Shown here: one piece after another, positions 26,388 to 41,312 of the stretch
How the letters are laid out: each line of letters starts with the position of its first letter
Position numbering within the stretch: the first letter of the stretch is position 1
Source of the DNA: Octopus vulgaris
Taxonomy: Eukaryota
DNA: 64,000 nt
Assembly (NCBI GenBank): GCA_951406725.2
Contig: OX597818.1
Coordinates: forward strand, 140,864,001-140,928,000
Direction of reading: 5' to 3'
Position numbers and translations under genes: made by a program
Notes under the pieces: model-generated
Database searches by the model: none
What the model saw: the letters and a program-made list of their open reading frames with translations, nothing else
What the model was told of the DNA's origin: nothing

Positions 26388-27042
26388 GATGCAGTACCAG
26401 GATGCCCTGATGAAGTACCAGGATGCCCTGATGCAGTACCAGGATGCCCTGATGCAGTACCAGGATGCCCTGATGCAGTACCAGGATGCCCTGATGCAGT
26501 ACCAGGCAGTGGCTCTCATGGCTTCTGATCTTAACTGATTGGAAGTGTTATCATGTACATTGTTTTGTCTTGGTATAAAAGATGGGCTACAGCAAATATT
26601 CTGCTCAATACCACAGATTTGCTTGTCAGTTGTTTGGCCTTAACCAGTTGAGCATGTCCCTCAGTGGCTGACGATATGTGTATCTCTGATCACGAGCAGA
26701 AGTAGTGGGGGAGCATCATAGCCATGTGTTGAGAGGGATTCTTTGGGGTTTGAATAATTCACCTCTGGAAACATGGGTGTTTCTTTCAACATCCTTAAAC
26801 AACCCTTATTCAGGGACCTTTTGAGTGGGATGGGTTACTCGATCAGAAGAAAATTCTAACTGGGCCCCACCTGCAAGGTCATGTGCTGTTTATCTTGATA
26901 TGAGATCACCATGTCGCGCACATATGGTTGTGATGCATGTGCCTGATGTACCCTTATCAGACGGGTAGTCATGATGGGTATATTGGGCTTCGTATATTTT
27001 ACCCCAGTGTCACTTTGATGGCATGAACTGCGCTCTCACTCA
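26388..27042 (+). mobile_element. Longest copy of a non-coding retroposed element inserted in (TAA)n, with a 5' 21-bp tandem repeat
   Basis: (TAA)n on both sides; 3' end shared with copies at 6998 and 38635; five copies of gatgccctgatgcagtaccag at 26401-26505. Confidence 0.85.
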
Positions 27043-27066
27043 ATAATAATAATAATAATGATGATA

Positions 27067-27103
<37 letters not shown>

Positions 27104-27120
27104 TGATAATAATAATAATG

Positions 27121-27247
<127 letters not shown>

Positions 27248-27289
27248 CAACAACAAAAACTAGCTAGACCTGTGTCAGCATCTGTAAAT

Positions 27290-29112
27290 TGTATGCTGGT
27301 GCCATGGGAAGTGATTCAATATTGTAACACAGTAATATCCAATATTAGCTGAGGACCCAAAATATAGAATTGAACCAAGATAGCACACCTGGAAAGGATG
27401 GAGTTTTTGCTGAGGTCTTGTGATTTGGTAGTGATTACATCATACAATCCCTTGATGAACGTATTAGTGCAGTTTGGAGTGATGTTGCAATGCCTGAGGA
27501 CTGGAAGGATGCAATTATTCTTCCTCTCTATAAGGGAAAAGGAGCCAGAACAATGTGAGGTAACTACAGAGATATTGCTCTGAATAGCAAGATTCTGAAT
27601 GGGTGTCTCGTAAATGATGTCCTATCTGAATCCCAATGTGGTTTCCAATCTGGTAGAGGAACAATGGATATGATTTTCACAGCGAGACAGATGCAGGGAA
27701 AGTGCTATGAGCACAATATAGATCATGTTCAGGTATTCATTGCTTTAACGAAGGCATTTGATACTGTGAATAAGAATTTGCTAAGGAAAATACTTGGCAA
27801 AGTTGGATGTCCGGATAAATTTTCATCTATACTTCAACCTTTTCATGATAGAATGTAGTCTTGGGTCAGTGTTGGTGGTGGCAAGGCAGGACCCATTCCT
27901 GTAGAGAATGGTGTCAAACAGGGTGACATCCTTGCCCCAACTCTCTATTCTTTGTACTTTGCTGCTGCTTTTACTCGTGCTAAGGTTAGCTCTCTGGGAA
28001 TATATATCAGGTATCGATCTTCTGGCTGCCTCTTTAATCTGCACTGATCTGCTGCCAATTCAAAAGTTTTCCGGTCTCTTATTCGTGACCTCCTTTATGC
28101 AGATGACTGTGACTTAGTCACTCATACAGTGTATGATATGCAATAATACTTATGAATCGTATTTCTGCTTGAAAGGCATTTGAACTCAGCATTAACCTGG
28201 ACAAGACTGCTGTAATGTTCCAGCCTGCACCATGAAATTCATATGTGGAACCAGCTATCTTGGTTGAAGGAACAATTCTGAAGGTAGTAGACAAGTTTGT
28301 CTACCTGGGCAGCACATTCAGCCGTTCTTGCTCCATGGATGATGAAATATCTTTCAGGCTGCAGAGAGTAACTGATTCCTTTTGGTCTCTTCAGTCTCGT
28401 GTCTGGTCCCAGCATGGTATCACAAAGCAAACAAAAATTGCGTTGTACCGTACATGTGTACTGACATTACTCCTTTACTCATGTGATACATGGACCCTTT
28501 ACAAACGTCATGTAAGGGTCATTGAACGTTTTCATCAGCGATGTCTCAGATACATTCGGAATGATGGCTGGGCCTTCACAACTCTAGACACACAGGGTCT
28601 GAGGACAGTTGATATCTTGAGTATTGAGGGAAAGGTGTACAAGGACCGGTTACGTTGGACTGGACTCTTTATTAGAATGAAGGATAGCAGAATTCTTAAG
28701 TAGATGCTATATGGCGAACTTGTGAATGGAAAGAGACCCCGGCAGAAATCAAGGCTGCGATTTAAGGACTGTGTCAAGTCATCATTAAAGGCTTGTGATA
28801 CGCAGGAGACTGACTGGGAGAATAATGCCTTTCATCGCCACTGATGGAGGGAGCAGGTTAAGAAGGGGGTCGACACTTTTGAGAGAGCAGATATTTTGCA
28901 TGAATAACTTAAGCGTGCCGCTCAAAAGTGCACTGTTGGAGTAGTGAATGAGGAAAACTCGGTTTGCAATGTTTGCAGTCGTGTACGCTTGTCAAGAGAA
29001 GGGATCATTAGATACCAACGGAACCGCAAATGTAAAATATAAATTAGTCCTAAAGCGCACACTCTTCTTGAAGGTCAGCAATGGTCTTCCTCGTTCACGA
29101 GTGGACGGCCAT
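27290..29112 (+). mobile_element. 5'-truncated, decayed RTE-clade LINE (reverse transcriptase pseudogene)
   Basis: APGKDG, LYKGKG, LSESQCGFQSGRGTMDMIFTARQMQGKCYE, FIALTKAFDTVN, GVKQG, LLYADD, FVYLGS, LLYSCDTWTLY, RFHQRCLR, LRWTG; multiple stops and frameshifts. Confidence 0.93.
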
Positions 29113-29671
29113 TAGATATATGTGTGTATGTGTGTATGTACGCGCACGTTTGTGCATGCAGGTATCTGTACGTGTGTGCGTGTGTATATACATATGTGCA
29201 TCTTAGTATTTATCTCTGCTCTCTCTGTGTGATTATGCCTGCGTAAGTTTTCTAATCTTGCATTTCGTTCTGGTATAACCGCCTGCAAGAATCGTCATGC
29301 TCTTTCTAAATTTGAACATATCTTTCTACTAACATCAACATTAACTTCCTCGCTCCTAACACCTGTATGTTCTGAAAATGCAACTTAGCCAAATACAGTG
29401 CACTTCATATTCCAGGCTCTGTTTAAGTTATAGGATGTTATCCTGGGACTCAAATGAAAGTCTACCACATCTTATAGGAGAAAAAGCTAAGGTCATTACA
29501 TAACCTTTGTTTTATTTCCGCTGCCTTCCGTTTGTCCTATTACCATTCTATACTCATTTAACATTGTGTTCTAGACTAAATTTATATTGAATTCTACACC
29601 AGGCTATTAGTCTCGCAATTCCTAAGCTAAATGTTAATATATAGATACATACATACATACATATATATATA

Positions 29672-29848
29672 TGACCATTATTTCTAAAAGGCCAATCAAA
29701 CAAGTCCATTTTTTAAAGGTGTAGCGTTTGTAAGAGTCTGGATTGAATTGATATATCGGTTCCATTCTAACAAAAACTGTCTGATGAACGGCAACAAGAA
29801 ACTCAGAGTAACAAATTTTGTTGAATTTTCTGCTGCTTTAAATAAAGT
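29672..29848 (+). mobile_element. Short PLE-like terminal fragment between (TA)n tracts
   Basis: Complex island bounded by (TA)n; contains the HHR at 29778-29813 and AATAAA just before the 3' (TA)n. Confidence 0.6.
29778..29813 (+). ncRNA. Minimal type I hammerhead ribozyme motif
   Basis: tgt CTGATGA acggcaacaa GAAA ctcagag TA aca. Intact core, stem III actc/gagt, GUA site, stem I tgt/aca; stem II decayed. Confidence 0.7.
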
Positions 29849-30024
29849 ATATATATATATATATATACATACATACAGATATATGTATATAAATGTTTAT
29901 ATATACATATATACATACAGATCTATATATGTGTTTATATATATATATACATACATAGAGATATACGTATATAAATGTTTATATATATATATATATATAT
30001 ATAGACATACACATAGATAGATAT

Positions 30025-30055
<31 letters not shown>

Positions 30056-30086
30056 TAGATAGATAGATAGATAGATAGATAGTTAA

Positions 30087-30149
<63 letters not shown>

Positions 30150-30329
30150 CATACATACATACATAGATAGTTAAATAGATAGATACTTCACATACAATAT
30201 ATAATGTGTATACATACAGACATGCATGCATACATGCATACATATATGCATTTTTGTATGCAAGGCTATATCTATCTTTATATGCATTTACTTATTGCTA
30301 GTGCACACACACACACCTACGCACACACG

Positions 30330-30370
<41 letters not shown>

Positions 30371-30725
30371 TGATACTGTGTGTTCACATACGTAAATAAA
30401 CACGTGTGTCATTGTGCATGTGCGCAGTAATCTATCGCAAATATACAACCAGCAACAAGTTTCCTACATTAAATTATGTAGTTACTTAAATTTCTAAAAT
30501 ATCCGCCATCTTGGCTGAGTCATAGATCACTGTCGATTACATCCTCCATTTTTGTCACTTCCCTCCTACCTTCCTCTTCATCCTCGTCATGCGCTTCCTC
30601 CCTTTTTCTTCCTCTTCCCTACTTCCTCCACTTTAGCTATCTCTTTCATCTCGACTTGCCTCCTTGTGATTGATACACACACGCACGCACACCTATCACC
30701 TATCTCGCTCTCACTCTCTCTCTCT

Positions 30726-30777
<52 letters not shown>

Positions 30778-30842
30778 GATATATATATATATATATATAC
30801 ATATATATATTTATACATACATATATACATACATACATACAT

Positions 30843-30953
<111 letters not shown>

Positions 30954-31822
30954 TATAGATACATACATACATACATACATACATACATACACAAATATAT
31001 ATATATATATATACACATATTTCATACATACATACACATATATCGCAAATAAACCTATGATACACATACAGTATATATATTTTAATAAAAACAGAGAAAA
31101 CACACACACGTTAACTCGTACGCAGATGCACACAAATATATATTATTTTTTATGTTTATAAAACTCTCTGATTACCTTTTATTCAATTAATCAATTAATG
31201 TAGACATATATTTATTTTTCCTTTCCTCCTTACTCCCTTTCTCTCGTCTATAAAAGTTACGTACACATATGCATGTATATATACATATTCAAAAATACGC
31301 ACACACATATATAAATATAAGTATGCATACATGTTATAGATATGTGTGTGTTTATATGTACATGTATCTGTGCATGTCTGTTGAGCGTTTGAGAAGTGTA
31401 TGTGCATCTCTCCAAAGATATCGACAACATTCAATTTTATAGCTCAGTAACCAACATAGTGATACGTAGGTATCTTTATTGACCATTCTATCAATGTATC
31501 TATTTATCTATCTGTATGTCCAATTATCTATCTATCTATTTATCTATCTATTTATCTCTCTATCGGTCTGTCTGCCTCTCTATCTATATATCTACATATC
31601 TTTCTCCTACTTTCACATTCTTTCTCTCTCACAAATATGTGTGTATCTTTATGTGTGAGTGTGTGTGTGGGTTTGTATCAGTGTCTGTGTATGTAAGCAT
31701 GTGTGTAAGCGAGTGTAGGTATACAGGTGTTGCCAACTACCTATTTACTTTGAATTTCTGCTTCCCCATCTAATAAACTATCGCTTCTATACATACGTAA
31801 ATGATATATAGATATATGTATG

Positions 31823-31909
<87 letters not shown>

Positions 31910-31949
31910 ATAATGTATATATATTCAAACACACACTGACGTATATATT

Positions 31950-31982
<33 letters not shown>

Positions 31983-32000
31983 ATGTTTGTGTATATACAT

Positions 32001-32040
<40 letters not shown>

Positions 32041-32394
32041 GTCTGTGTGGGTTTGAATGTGAGTGCGTGTATGTATGTTTGTGTGTATGTGGTGAGGTGT
32101 ATATGTTGCGCGCGTGCGCATGTGTGTATGCTCACACTTACAAATTTGGACATATGTATTCTGTATGTACGTTCGTGTATAGATACATACACACAGACAC
32201 ATGCACAGAAGATTCTTTTTATTTACTTATCTATCCCCTTTCATGTTTTATTACTATGAATTTGTTTTCACAATTATCGATCCCTTTTTTCTGATCCTTT
32301 TTCTCTCACAAATTTACAAAATAAAATAATAAAATAATAAATCACGTATTCAGTTACTGGCATGTGCTTTATGTGTTTCTGTGGGGGGCGGGTC

Positions 32395-32428
<34 letters not shown>

Positions 32429-33869
32429 TATTACTGTTTCCTTCTCTCATTGATCCCTTTTTATCTCTCTATTTTTGTCCTCCTTTTACTTCCCTGTCTT
32501 CTTCCCCTTTATTTCCACCTCTCTCTTTCTCTCTCCTGAACGTTTTACAAACTGAATTAATACTTGTTTTTCGTTGTCCCTAGTTAATGCTCCTCATGCT
32601 TTCAACTGTGTACCTTATGTCAACCTTCACCATCTATAAAGAACCGAAGTGCTAACATAGCAAATCTTCCTATTAAAGTTTAGTGCTATCAACTCTTTAC
32701 TGTAATGGTTTATGATAGCTGAAAACTGCTGAGATCATATACATTGTTTTATCTCCCTTCCTACCAATTATTATCTTTTCTTCCACTATTTTAAAAACTA
32801 CCACTCTCTTTTTTGTTATGTTTTCTTTTTCATTTTTTTCTGTCTTTTGATATTTCCTTTTTACATTTTCCCTTCAATACTGGCTGTTTCTTTAATCTAT
32901 TTTAACAGTCTCTTTCTAAGTCTATCCAATCCCTTTATTTCGCTGACTTTCAACATCCTACCTTCTCTCTGTCGTTGCTTGCGAACATTTCTACATTTAT
33001 CTATCCTCCTCGAACCTCTCTCAATTTCCCTCTCTTTCTTTATCTTTCACAGTTTATACTCACTTGTATAATCATAAATACGCACGCATTCACCCACATA
33101 TTAGTGAGAGTAACAACCATTTCGCAGATATAACGATTCTGCACTTACGTGTATAAGTTTAATTAACAATACAAATATCACAGAGATAACACATGACTAG
33201 ATAAACATAATAACACTTCGAAAATATTGCAATGTACTCACATTAAACATACATATTTATATATCCTTTCTCTAAACATGAAGTCATGCTGCTACAGAAA
33301 ATATGTATATGAAATAATATACACACTTTGTCATCATTAGCAGCACGATAAAGTGTGAGCGTCGTTGGTTTTATGCTGCTTGTCGTTGATAGAATTTTGA
33401 AACTTTAGGAATCTTCCGAGGCCAACCGCAAATTAAAGAAAACTCAATTACACTCTCTTTATGCTTAAAATGTACATACCGGAAAATGGTCAACCTTCAA
33501 AATCAATTATTGGTGATTGAATTCATAAGGGATCTATAATAATAATATCTGTGACAAGAATAAATGTCGTTGGTATAGGGAGAATATTTCTACGTGCAAT
33601 TTTATGTGATGGTAATATAAAAATATATAAAGTAGCTTTAACAGGAAAGAAGGTCGTAAATAGATCAAGATACATAAATTAGAATGTATTTTGTAGTCGC
33701 TGTGCATTTGATGTCTCTCATATGATACTTGTAAGATACCTGTGTTTTATCTTCAAAAAGGTTACATTATATCCAACGTTAACGGTGCTATGTGTATGCA
33801 TATATATATCTATATGTGGACACACACGCAGTCATACACACACACACTAACACTCACTCACATATATGC

Positions 33870-33909
<40 letters not shown>

Positions 33910-34036
33910 ATATATAATTATATTTATATATATATATGTAGATGCATGTGTGTATGCATACATATACATATATATTTTCATACACTTAAGTAGATGAAAA
34001 ATACATACACACACACACACACAAACATACATACAT

Positions 34037-34103
<67 letters not shown>

Positions 34104-34566
34104 CACACACACATATATATGATACTCTATTTAAGTTTATTATGTGAGCCTTTGTTGAGTTTAGACTGTTTCATATATAACTCAACATAAAAACAAATAT
34201 TAATACATACACACGTATACATACAGTATGTACCTCAGATTTCCACATGCATACATACGTATACACCAGATCTCCACCCCGATTCGCTAGACTGTATTTA
34301 AATGCCAATTCCCAATTGGACATGAGATTGCAAAAGAAGACGAATACCCAATATATGTTGCGCAGGGAGAATGATCTCGCAATCTCAAAGTTAGCTGCAC
34401 ATTAAGTAATTAGAGCATGGGATACAATCCAAAGTCAGAAAGAAGAGTACCCTCCGATAGTTTCTAACATTTGTTTCATTAATATTTGTTTTCTCATCAG
34501 AAATGGAAAACATGAAATTCTATATATCTTATGACTGTATAGGCATTGTATTTTACCTATCATATA

Positions 34567-34975
34567 CCTATTTCTATTTCTGTACTACCCACAAGGGGCT
34601 AAACGCAGAGAGGACAAACAAGGACAGACAAACGGATTAACCCAGTGCGTAAATGGTACTTATTTAAACGACCCCGAAAGAATGAAAGTCGACCTCGGCG
34701 GAATTTGAACTCAGAATGTGAAGACAGACGAAATGCCTATTTCTATTTCTTTATTACCCACAAGGGGCTAAACACAGAGGGGACAAACAAGGACAGACAA
34801 AGGGATTAAGTCGATTACATCGACCCCAGTGCGTAACTGGTACTTTATTTATCGACCCCGAATGGATGAAAGGCAAAGTCGACCTCGGCGGAATTTGAAC
34901 TCAGAACGTAACGGCAGACGAAATACGGCTACGCATTTCGCCCGGTGTGCTAACGTGTCTGCCAGCTCACCGCCT
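34567..34975 (-). mobile_element. Dimeric SINE family B
   Basis: Two head-to-tail units joined at gacgaaatgcctatttc. Confidence 0.9.
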
Positions 34976-35849
34976 TTATATATATCCTGTAATTCATTAT
35001 TGGCGACGGAAGCAGTCTCAGTTCAAAATAGCAATTTGTATAGACATATAGTGCTAAAAAGCAAAGTGCTATCTGTAGCAGAGGAAAAGCTAGATTTGCG
35101 ATTTCTGCGCACTTAAACTTCATCGATAAGAAGTATCCATTACCAACAAATTGCATTGACAAATTGAAATTAATTAGTATTTCTTAGTTCACTGTATCAC
35201 GTTATCACCTACTCCATCATGTTATGTATATATATGTGTGTGTATGTGTGTGCTTGTGTACACACATACATACATACATTCATACATACACGTACGTACG
35301 TACGTACATACATACATACATACATACATACATACATACGTACGTACGTGCATACGTACGTACGTACATACATACATACATACATACATACATACATGTA
35401 TACATATGTACCAATCTTGTGAAATTAGGCCTCTCATAACCAGAAAGAAGAAAGCTGATTCAAAGACTACAGATTCAAGCCATCACTAAAACTGTAAATA
35501 TCTGTAAAACTTTCCAGAAGTTTATCATTTAAGTATATATGAGCATGTCTAGACGTGCAAGAATATGCATGTAAAGACTTACATAAAACAAAACATACAA
35601 ATTTGCGCATATACATACATTCATAGATACATACATACATACATACATACATACATACATACATACATACATACATACATACATACATACATACATACAT
35701 ACATACATACTGTGTTGATGTCGTTGAAATTCTAATAAAGGTGCCTTAGATTTAAGTTAAAAACCAGCTCTTTTCCTTTTAGCAAGAAATCCTGAAATAA
35801 CACTGAATAATGACATACATTGTATACAAAGTAGCCGTCAAGTGGAACT

Positions 35850-37400
35850 GTAAGTAGGATATATTACGAAACGCAACCGAAAATGGATTACACTGGATTA
35901 TTAAACATGATGATTAAAAAAGGAAGCCTTAATGCGGCGGGAAAATCAGTCAATCCATTAAACAACGTAACAAACTCAGTGAGAAGAATAAGTGACAATA
36001 AAGAGAAAACTAAATCAAGTAACTCATAATTAAATCATATATAGGCGCAGGAGTGGCTGTGTGGTAAGTAGCTTGCTTACCAACCACATGGTCCCAGGTT
36101 CAGTCCCACTGCGTGGCGCCATGGGCAAGTGTCTTCTGCTATAGCCCCGGGCCGACCAATGCCTTGTGAGTGGATTTGGTAGACGGAAACTGAAAGAAGC
36201 CTGTCGTATATATGTATATCTATATAGGTGTGCGTGTATGGTTGTGTGTCTGTGTTTGTCCCCCTAGCATTGCTTGACAACCGATGCTGGTGTGTTTATG
36301 TCCCCGTCACTTAGCGGTTCGGCAAAGAGACCGATAAAATAAGTACTGGGCTTACAAAAGAATAAGTCCAGGAGTCGAGTTGCTCGATTAAAGGCGGTGC
36401 TCCAGCATGGCCGCAGTCAAATGACTGAAACAAATAAAAGAGTAAAAGAGAGAGTAAAGAGAGTAACTACTCCGGTAACTGAACGAAACTTAATATTTCA
36501 CAGATCTAATATGATGCTTAGAATGGAACGGTTCTTCAACGTGTGGAGTAAGAATCAGGTTCGACGCAAAGTGCCGATAAGCGTGACAGGAATTGAAAAG
36601 AAAAGCAAATTTGTATGATGACTGCACAAAAGGGAAAGTGAAACTCACAATGTAAATACTTTTAGTGATAGTAAAAATTGGCTTTTATGACGCACTTGAA
36701 TATGTTCAACATAAAAGATGATTGCTGAACCTGCTAGTGCTGATAAAAAGGCTGATACTTTTTATCCTGAACAGTCGAAAACAACGATCACTAGAAAGAA
36801 CGACACACCGTAACAATTATACAATGTTGTTGAAACTAGTTTTGAGAGCGGTCATAACTGCTACAAATTATGTCTCGAGAGGAAAAATCAAACCAAGATT
36901 TAAACTTCTCCAAAACGCCTGATTCTTCTTGTGGGAGGCCATGCTTCCGGTCATATGAAATTAAAGCGCTAATGTTATATACCTTTGAAAATCTATGGTC
37001 TTTCGAGTGTTGCGCAAAGTCTAATACACCTCTGATTTGGCGTTCAAATAAGAAGGTCTAAGAATCATGGAGCCTTTTGAGGGTTTATAAACATGTTTAT
37101 ACTGCTGAAGAAAGGTACACTGCTAGAAATACTATTTCTATCAAAGCATTGCTCACTTTAGACAATGTAACACACAGGTCAGTGAGCGTTCTTAAATGAG
37201 CGTTCTGATAATATGAGGGTAGAATATATTCCCAGGAATACATCTTTGTCCTAACCACTGGATCATGGGTTAACTAGTTTCAAGCGAATTATCTGCGAAC
37301 TTCCAAACAACTTGAATAAGCATGGAAGGTTAACTAACAATTACAGACATCCTGTAAAAATGCCACATAATTGAAGAGATTATTTCATAACAGTAAATGA
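35850..37400 (+). mobile_element. Decayed pogo/Tigger-type transposase, interrupted by SINE A
   Basis: KRNRKWITLD (psq-like HTH); RMERFFNVWSKNQVRRKVPISVTGIEKK (CENP-B-like HTH); ASGH.KLKALML, PLIWRSNKK, KALLTLDN (DDE_1-like). Confidence 0.75.
36044..36465 (+). mobile_element. SINE family A, full length
   Basis: ggcgcaggagtggctgtgtggtaag (A-box-like), ggttcagtccc (B-box-like), CORE-like catgggcaagtgtctt, GAGTAAAA tail. Confidence 0.9.
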
Positions 37401-38227
37401 AATATTTTGCAATAATGCCTTTCATCAGAGCCCCGCAATAAATATTTATGGCGGAGTTCTACTACTGTTATCTAATTATATTGGTGTTTTACACAAAAGC
37501 TATTTTTAGAAAAAAACACCAGTCTCCATCCCGTACATCCACAAAATTAATGCCACTAAGTTTGAAGACTAACACACAATCAAATGGAGAATCATGGAGA
37601 AATGCATACCATATGTGAACAGATCTAAGAACTTCAAATTATGCGTAGCTGAAAAATGGCTCATTCTTTCTAGATCCAAGAATTCTCACACACTTTTTCA
37701 TCAAAGATCCGAAATCTTTCAACAATTGTAAGAATAAGAATAATCTATTTTATTTTATTTTATTTTATTTTATTTTATTTATCTATTTTATTTATTTTAT
37801 TTATTTATCCATTTTATTTATTTTTTTATTTTATTTTTTTTTTATTTTTATTTGTGACAGATTGAAGATTGTGACAGATTCCACCTTCTCTGCTATCTCG
37901 CAGATATTGGATCCCGCTTCGTTGAATTATTCTACGAATTGATTAATCATGACTTCTACAGTCAAAAGGAACGTAAATCTAATTTTTTTCTTTCCTTTCA
38001 TTTTGCGATTTTTGTTACCCTTTAAATTCTCATTTCACTTTTTGCATCAACCTTCTCTTTTTTCTTGTGGTTTCTCATGTACTAGCGCCCTGATTTTCAA
38101 ATAGAGCAAGCTATTTGCTCAGAGCCTGCAGATTACTTTGAGACAGAGGCACGTTATCAAAACCTGACAAACAACGTGTCTTAATGGCAACAAACTATTA
38201 GTAGCTCATTAAATGATATATGATGCG

Positions 38228-38400
38228 CAGTAATGCTTTGGTATACGAGTTAATTTGTTCCAAGAGACCGCTCATAAAGCGTAAACTCGTAAAGCAGAGC
38301 AAAAAAATCCCATAGTAGCAATGTTATAAATCGTAATTCAATGCCAGAAATAGTCTAACCTATAAAATTTATAATAATTTACCTATAAAAGTGAATAAAT
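38228..38400 (+). mobile_element. Tigger-like TIR/MITE fragment
   Basis: cagtaatgctttggtatacgagttaatttgttcc resembles pogo/Tigger ends; partner TIR not found. Confidence 0.45.
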
Positions 38401-38478
38401 GCCAATAAAACAACAATAGAAATTAAAGAATATTTTATGTAAAGTAAAGGGAATGTCAAGATCATTTATAATACAAAA

Positions 38479-38608
<130 letters not shown>

Positions 38609-38634
38609 GTTGTTATTATTATTATTATTATAAT

Positions 38635-38937
38635 TGAGTGAGAGAGCAGTGCATGCCATCAAAGTTACACTGGGGCAAAATATACGAAGCCCGGTATACC
38701 CATCATGACTACCCGTTTGATAAGGGTACACCAGGCACACGCATTACAAGCATATGTGCGCCACATGGTGATCTCATATCAAGATAAACAGCATATGACC
38801 TTACAGGTGGGGCCCAGTTAGAATTTTCTTCTGGTCGAGTAACGCATTCCGCTCAAAAGATCTCTGAATAAACGTTGTTTAAGGATGTTGAACGAAACAA
38901 CGTTTCCAGAGGTGATTTATTAAAACCCTAAAGAATC
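38635..38937 (-). mobile_element. 5'-truncated copy of the (TAA)n-inserted element
   Basis: Reverse complement of ~26735-27042; 3' end abuts (TTA)n. Confidence 0.85.
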
Positions 38938-38958
38938 TATATATGCACACACACACAC

Positions 38959-39034
<76 letters not shown>

Positions 39035-39124
39035 GTATATATGTGTCTCTCACTCTCTCACTATCTATCTCCGTCTCTCTCACCCTCTTTCTCTCTCACA
39101 CTCTCTCCCTCCTCTCTCTCTCTG

Positions 39125-39187
<63 letters not shown>

Positions 39188-39278
39188 GTCCAAGTGTTCT
39201 TATTTCAGTTTTCGTATTGAAATGTGAGTAAATGATATACGATACGCAGTAATGCTTTGACACACGAGTTAATTTGTT

Positions 39279-39800
39279 GCAGGAGACGTTAGAACTTTCA
39301 GTTCAAGAGAGTAGGAATACATGAAGGTAAACTGGAGGATATTTATCCGAAGCGGGCTTTCTTTGAGTATTGATCCCAGATATTGTCATCTCATAGAGGG
39401 AAATTAATCTTGGAACTCGAAGCAGTGTAGAGAATCTACACAGTACAGATAGCCTCTACGCAGCCAATTATCAAACGGGAAAAACTCAAAATATTATGAA
39501 GATATTCCGCAATATACATTTGGAAGAACCTGGAAGGACTTGTCCCAAACTTCGTTGAGAGTTATACAAATCCAGGAAAGGGCGCCATTGCATAGTGCCA
39601 AAAGCCACTTACCTGCTCCCATAGGACGACACAAGATACTGCAATGCCTTGGAATTCAAGGGCCCACAGCAGTTCCTTACACCGCACGCCGAAGGAGCTG
39701 AGAAACCCATATAAGAGTCCCATATAAACCAACTTCAGAGCAGTAAGCAGGAAGGAGAGCAGCAGTATCAAACTTCCTCAATCACCAAGTGTCAACTCTG
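39279..39800. mobile_element. Unclassified repeat fragment ending at (TA)n
   Basis: Complex island with a sharp junction to (TA)n at 39800; no protein motif recognised. Confidence 0.3.
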
Positions 39801-39931
<131 letters not shown>

Positions 39932-40304
39932 GATATATATATACACCAAATATACATACATACATACACACATGCTCATATGCATGCATACATATCTCAC
40001 CTCACTTTCACCTCACTCTTTCTAGTATAATGATTTAACATCATGGTTCGTTCCATCACTTCCGTAAGTTAGTGTTTTCATTGTTTTTTGTTGTGGTTAT
40101 TTTTTATATTTTCGTTTGACACATTAACATAATAATTGAAAGACCCTACACAGACTCATATGCTCATATCACGTAAATGGTAAGTACATGTTCACATCTA
40201 GCGGCAACACTATCCTTTTTGCTTTTCTCATTTAAATACTTGTGATACACTCACATTACAATACGAAAACCGAAATAAGAACACTTGCACGCAAACACAC
40301 ACAC

Positions 40305-40385
<81 letters not shown>

Positions 40386-40401
40386 AATATATATATATGT
40401 A

Positions 40402-40508
<107 letters not shown>

Positions 40509-40896
40509 CGCAAATTCAGGCTCCTAAGCACACACTAGGCGACACAGTATTTCCAATGCAGTTTTTTGTACTTCCCATACTGCATATATTAATATGAAGG
40601 TTGTGCATGGGAGGGTGGGAAAGAATTGAAACTGCATGCGAAAAAACGTAAAAAAACACGTTTTATATATGGTTATGAAAGTGCATAAGGAATGGTATGA
40701 CGGTGTCTAAACACGCATCTGAATATAATTATCCCGTTGTAGTGTATTATCCATACATATGTGTGTTTACAGGTATGGGATTCTCTGTGTGTATATATAT
40801 ATTCACATACACACACAAACATGTTTGTAAACTCATATATTGGTATGTACATATAGTAAACCCACGCATACACACAAACACACACACTTATATATA

Positions 40897-40944
<48 letters not shown>

Positions 40945-40994
40945 CAATAGTGTGTCGCCTTGTGTGTGCTTAGGAGCCTCTCTCTCTCCCTCCC

Positions 40995-41043
<49 letters not shown>

Positions 41044-41191
41044 AAATATGTTGATGCTTATATTTTAGTGTGCATATATGAAAAACAGGATGTAATTATA
41101 CGATTACAAACCTTTTGGGATGTACCTGTATGCATGTACATGTATGTATATACTTACCACGCATATATATATATGTGTGTGTGTGTGTGTA

Positions 41192-41246
<55 letters not shown>

Positions 41247-41248
41247 TT

Positions 41249-41312
<64 letters not shown>

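Noticed and set aside
26388-26505. CRISPR-like array
   Set aside because: The repeats are contiguous with no spacers, no cas genes are present, and the context is eukaryotic.
27398-28703. Functional reverse transcriptase gene
   Set aside because: Multiple stops and frameshifts and a 5' truncation; the same applies to 59110-61365 and 45036-45672.
37400-37432. CTGATGA on the minus strand (also 2276, 11429, 18821 and 44297 on plus) as hammerheads
   Set aside because: No convincing stem II, GAAA, stem III and UH arrangement follows.
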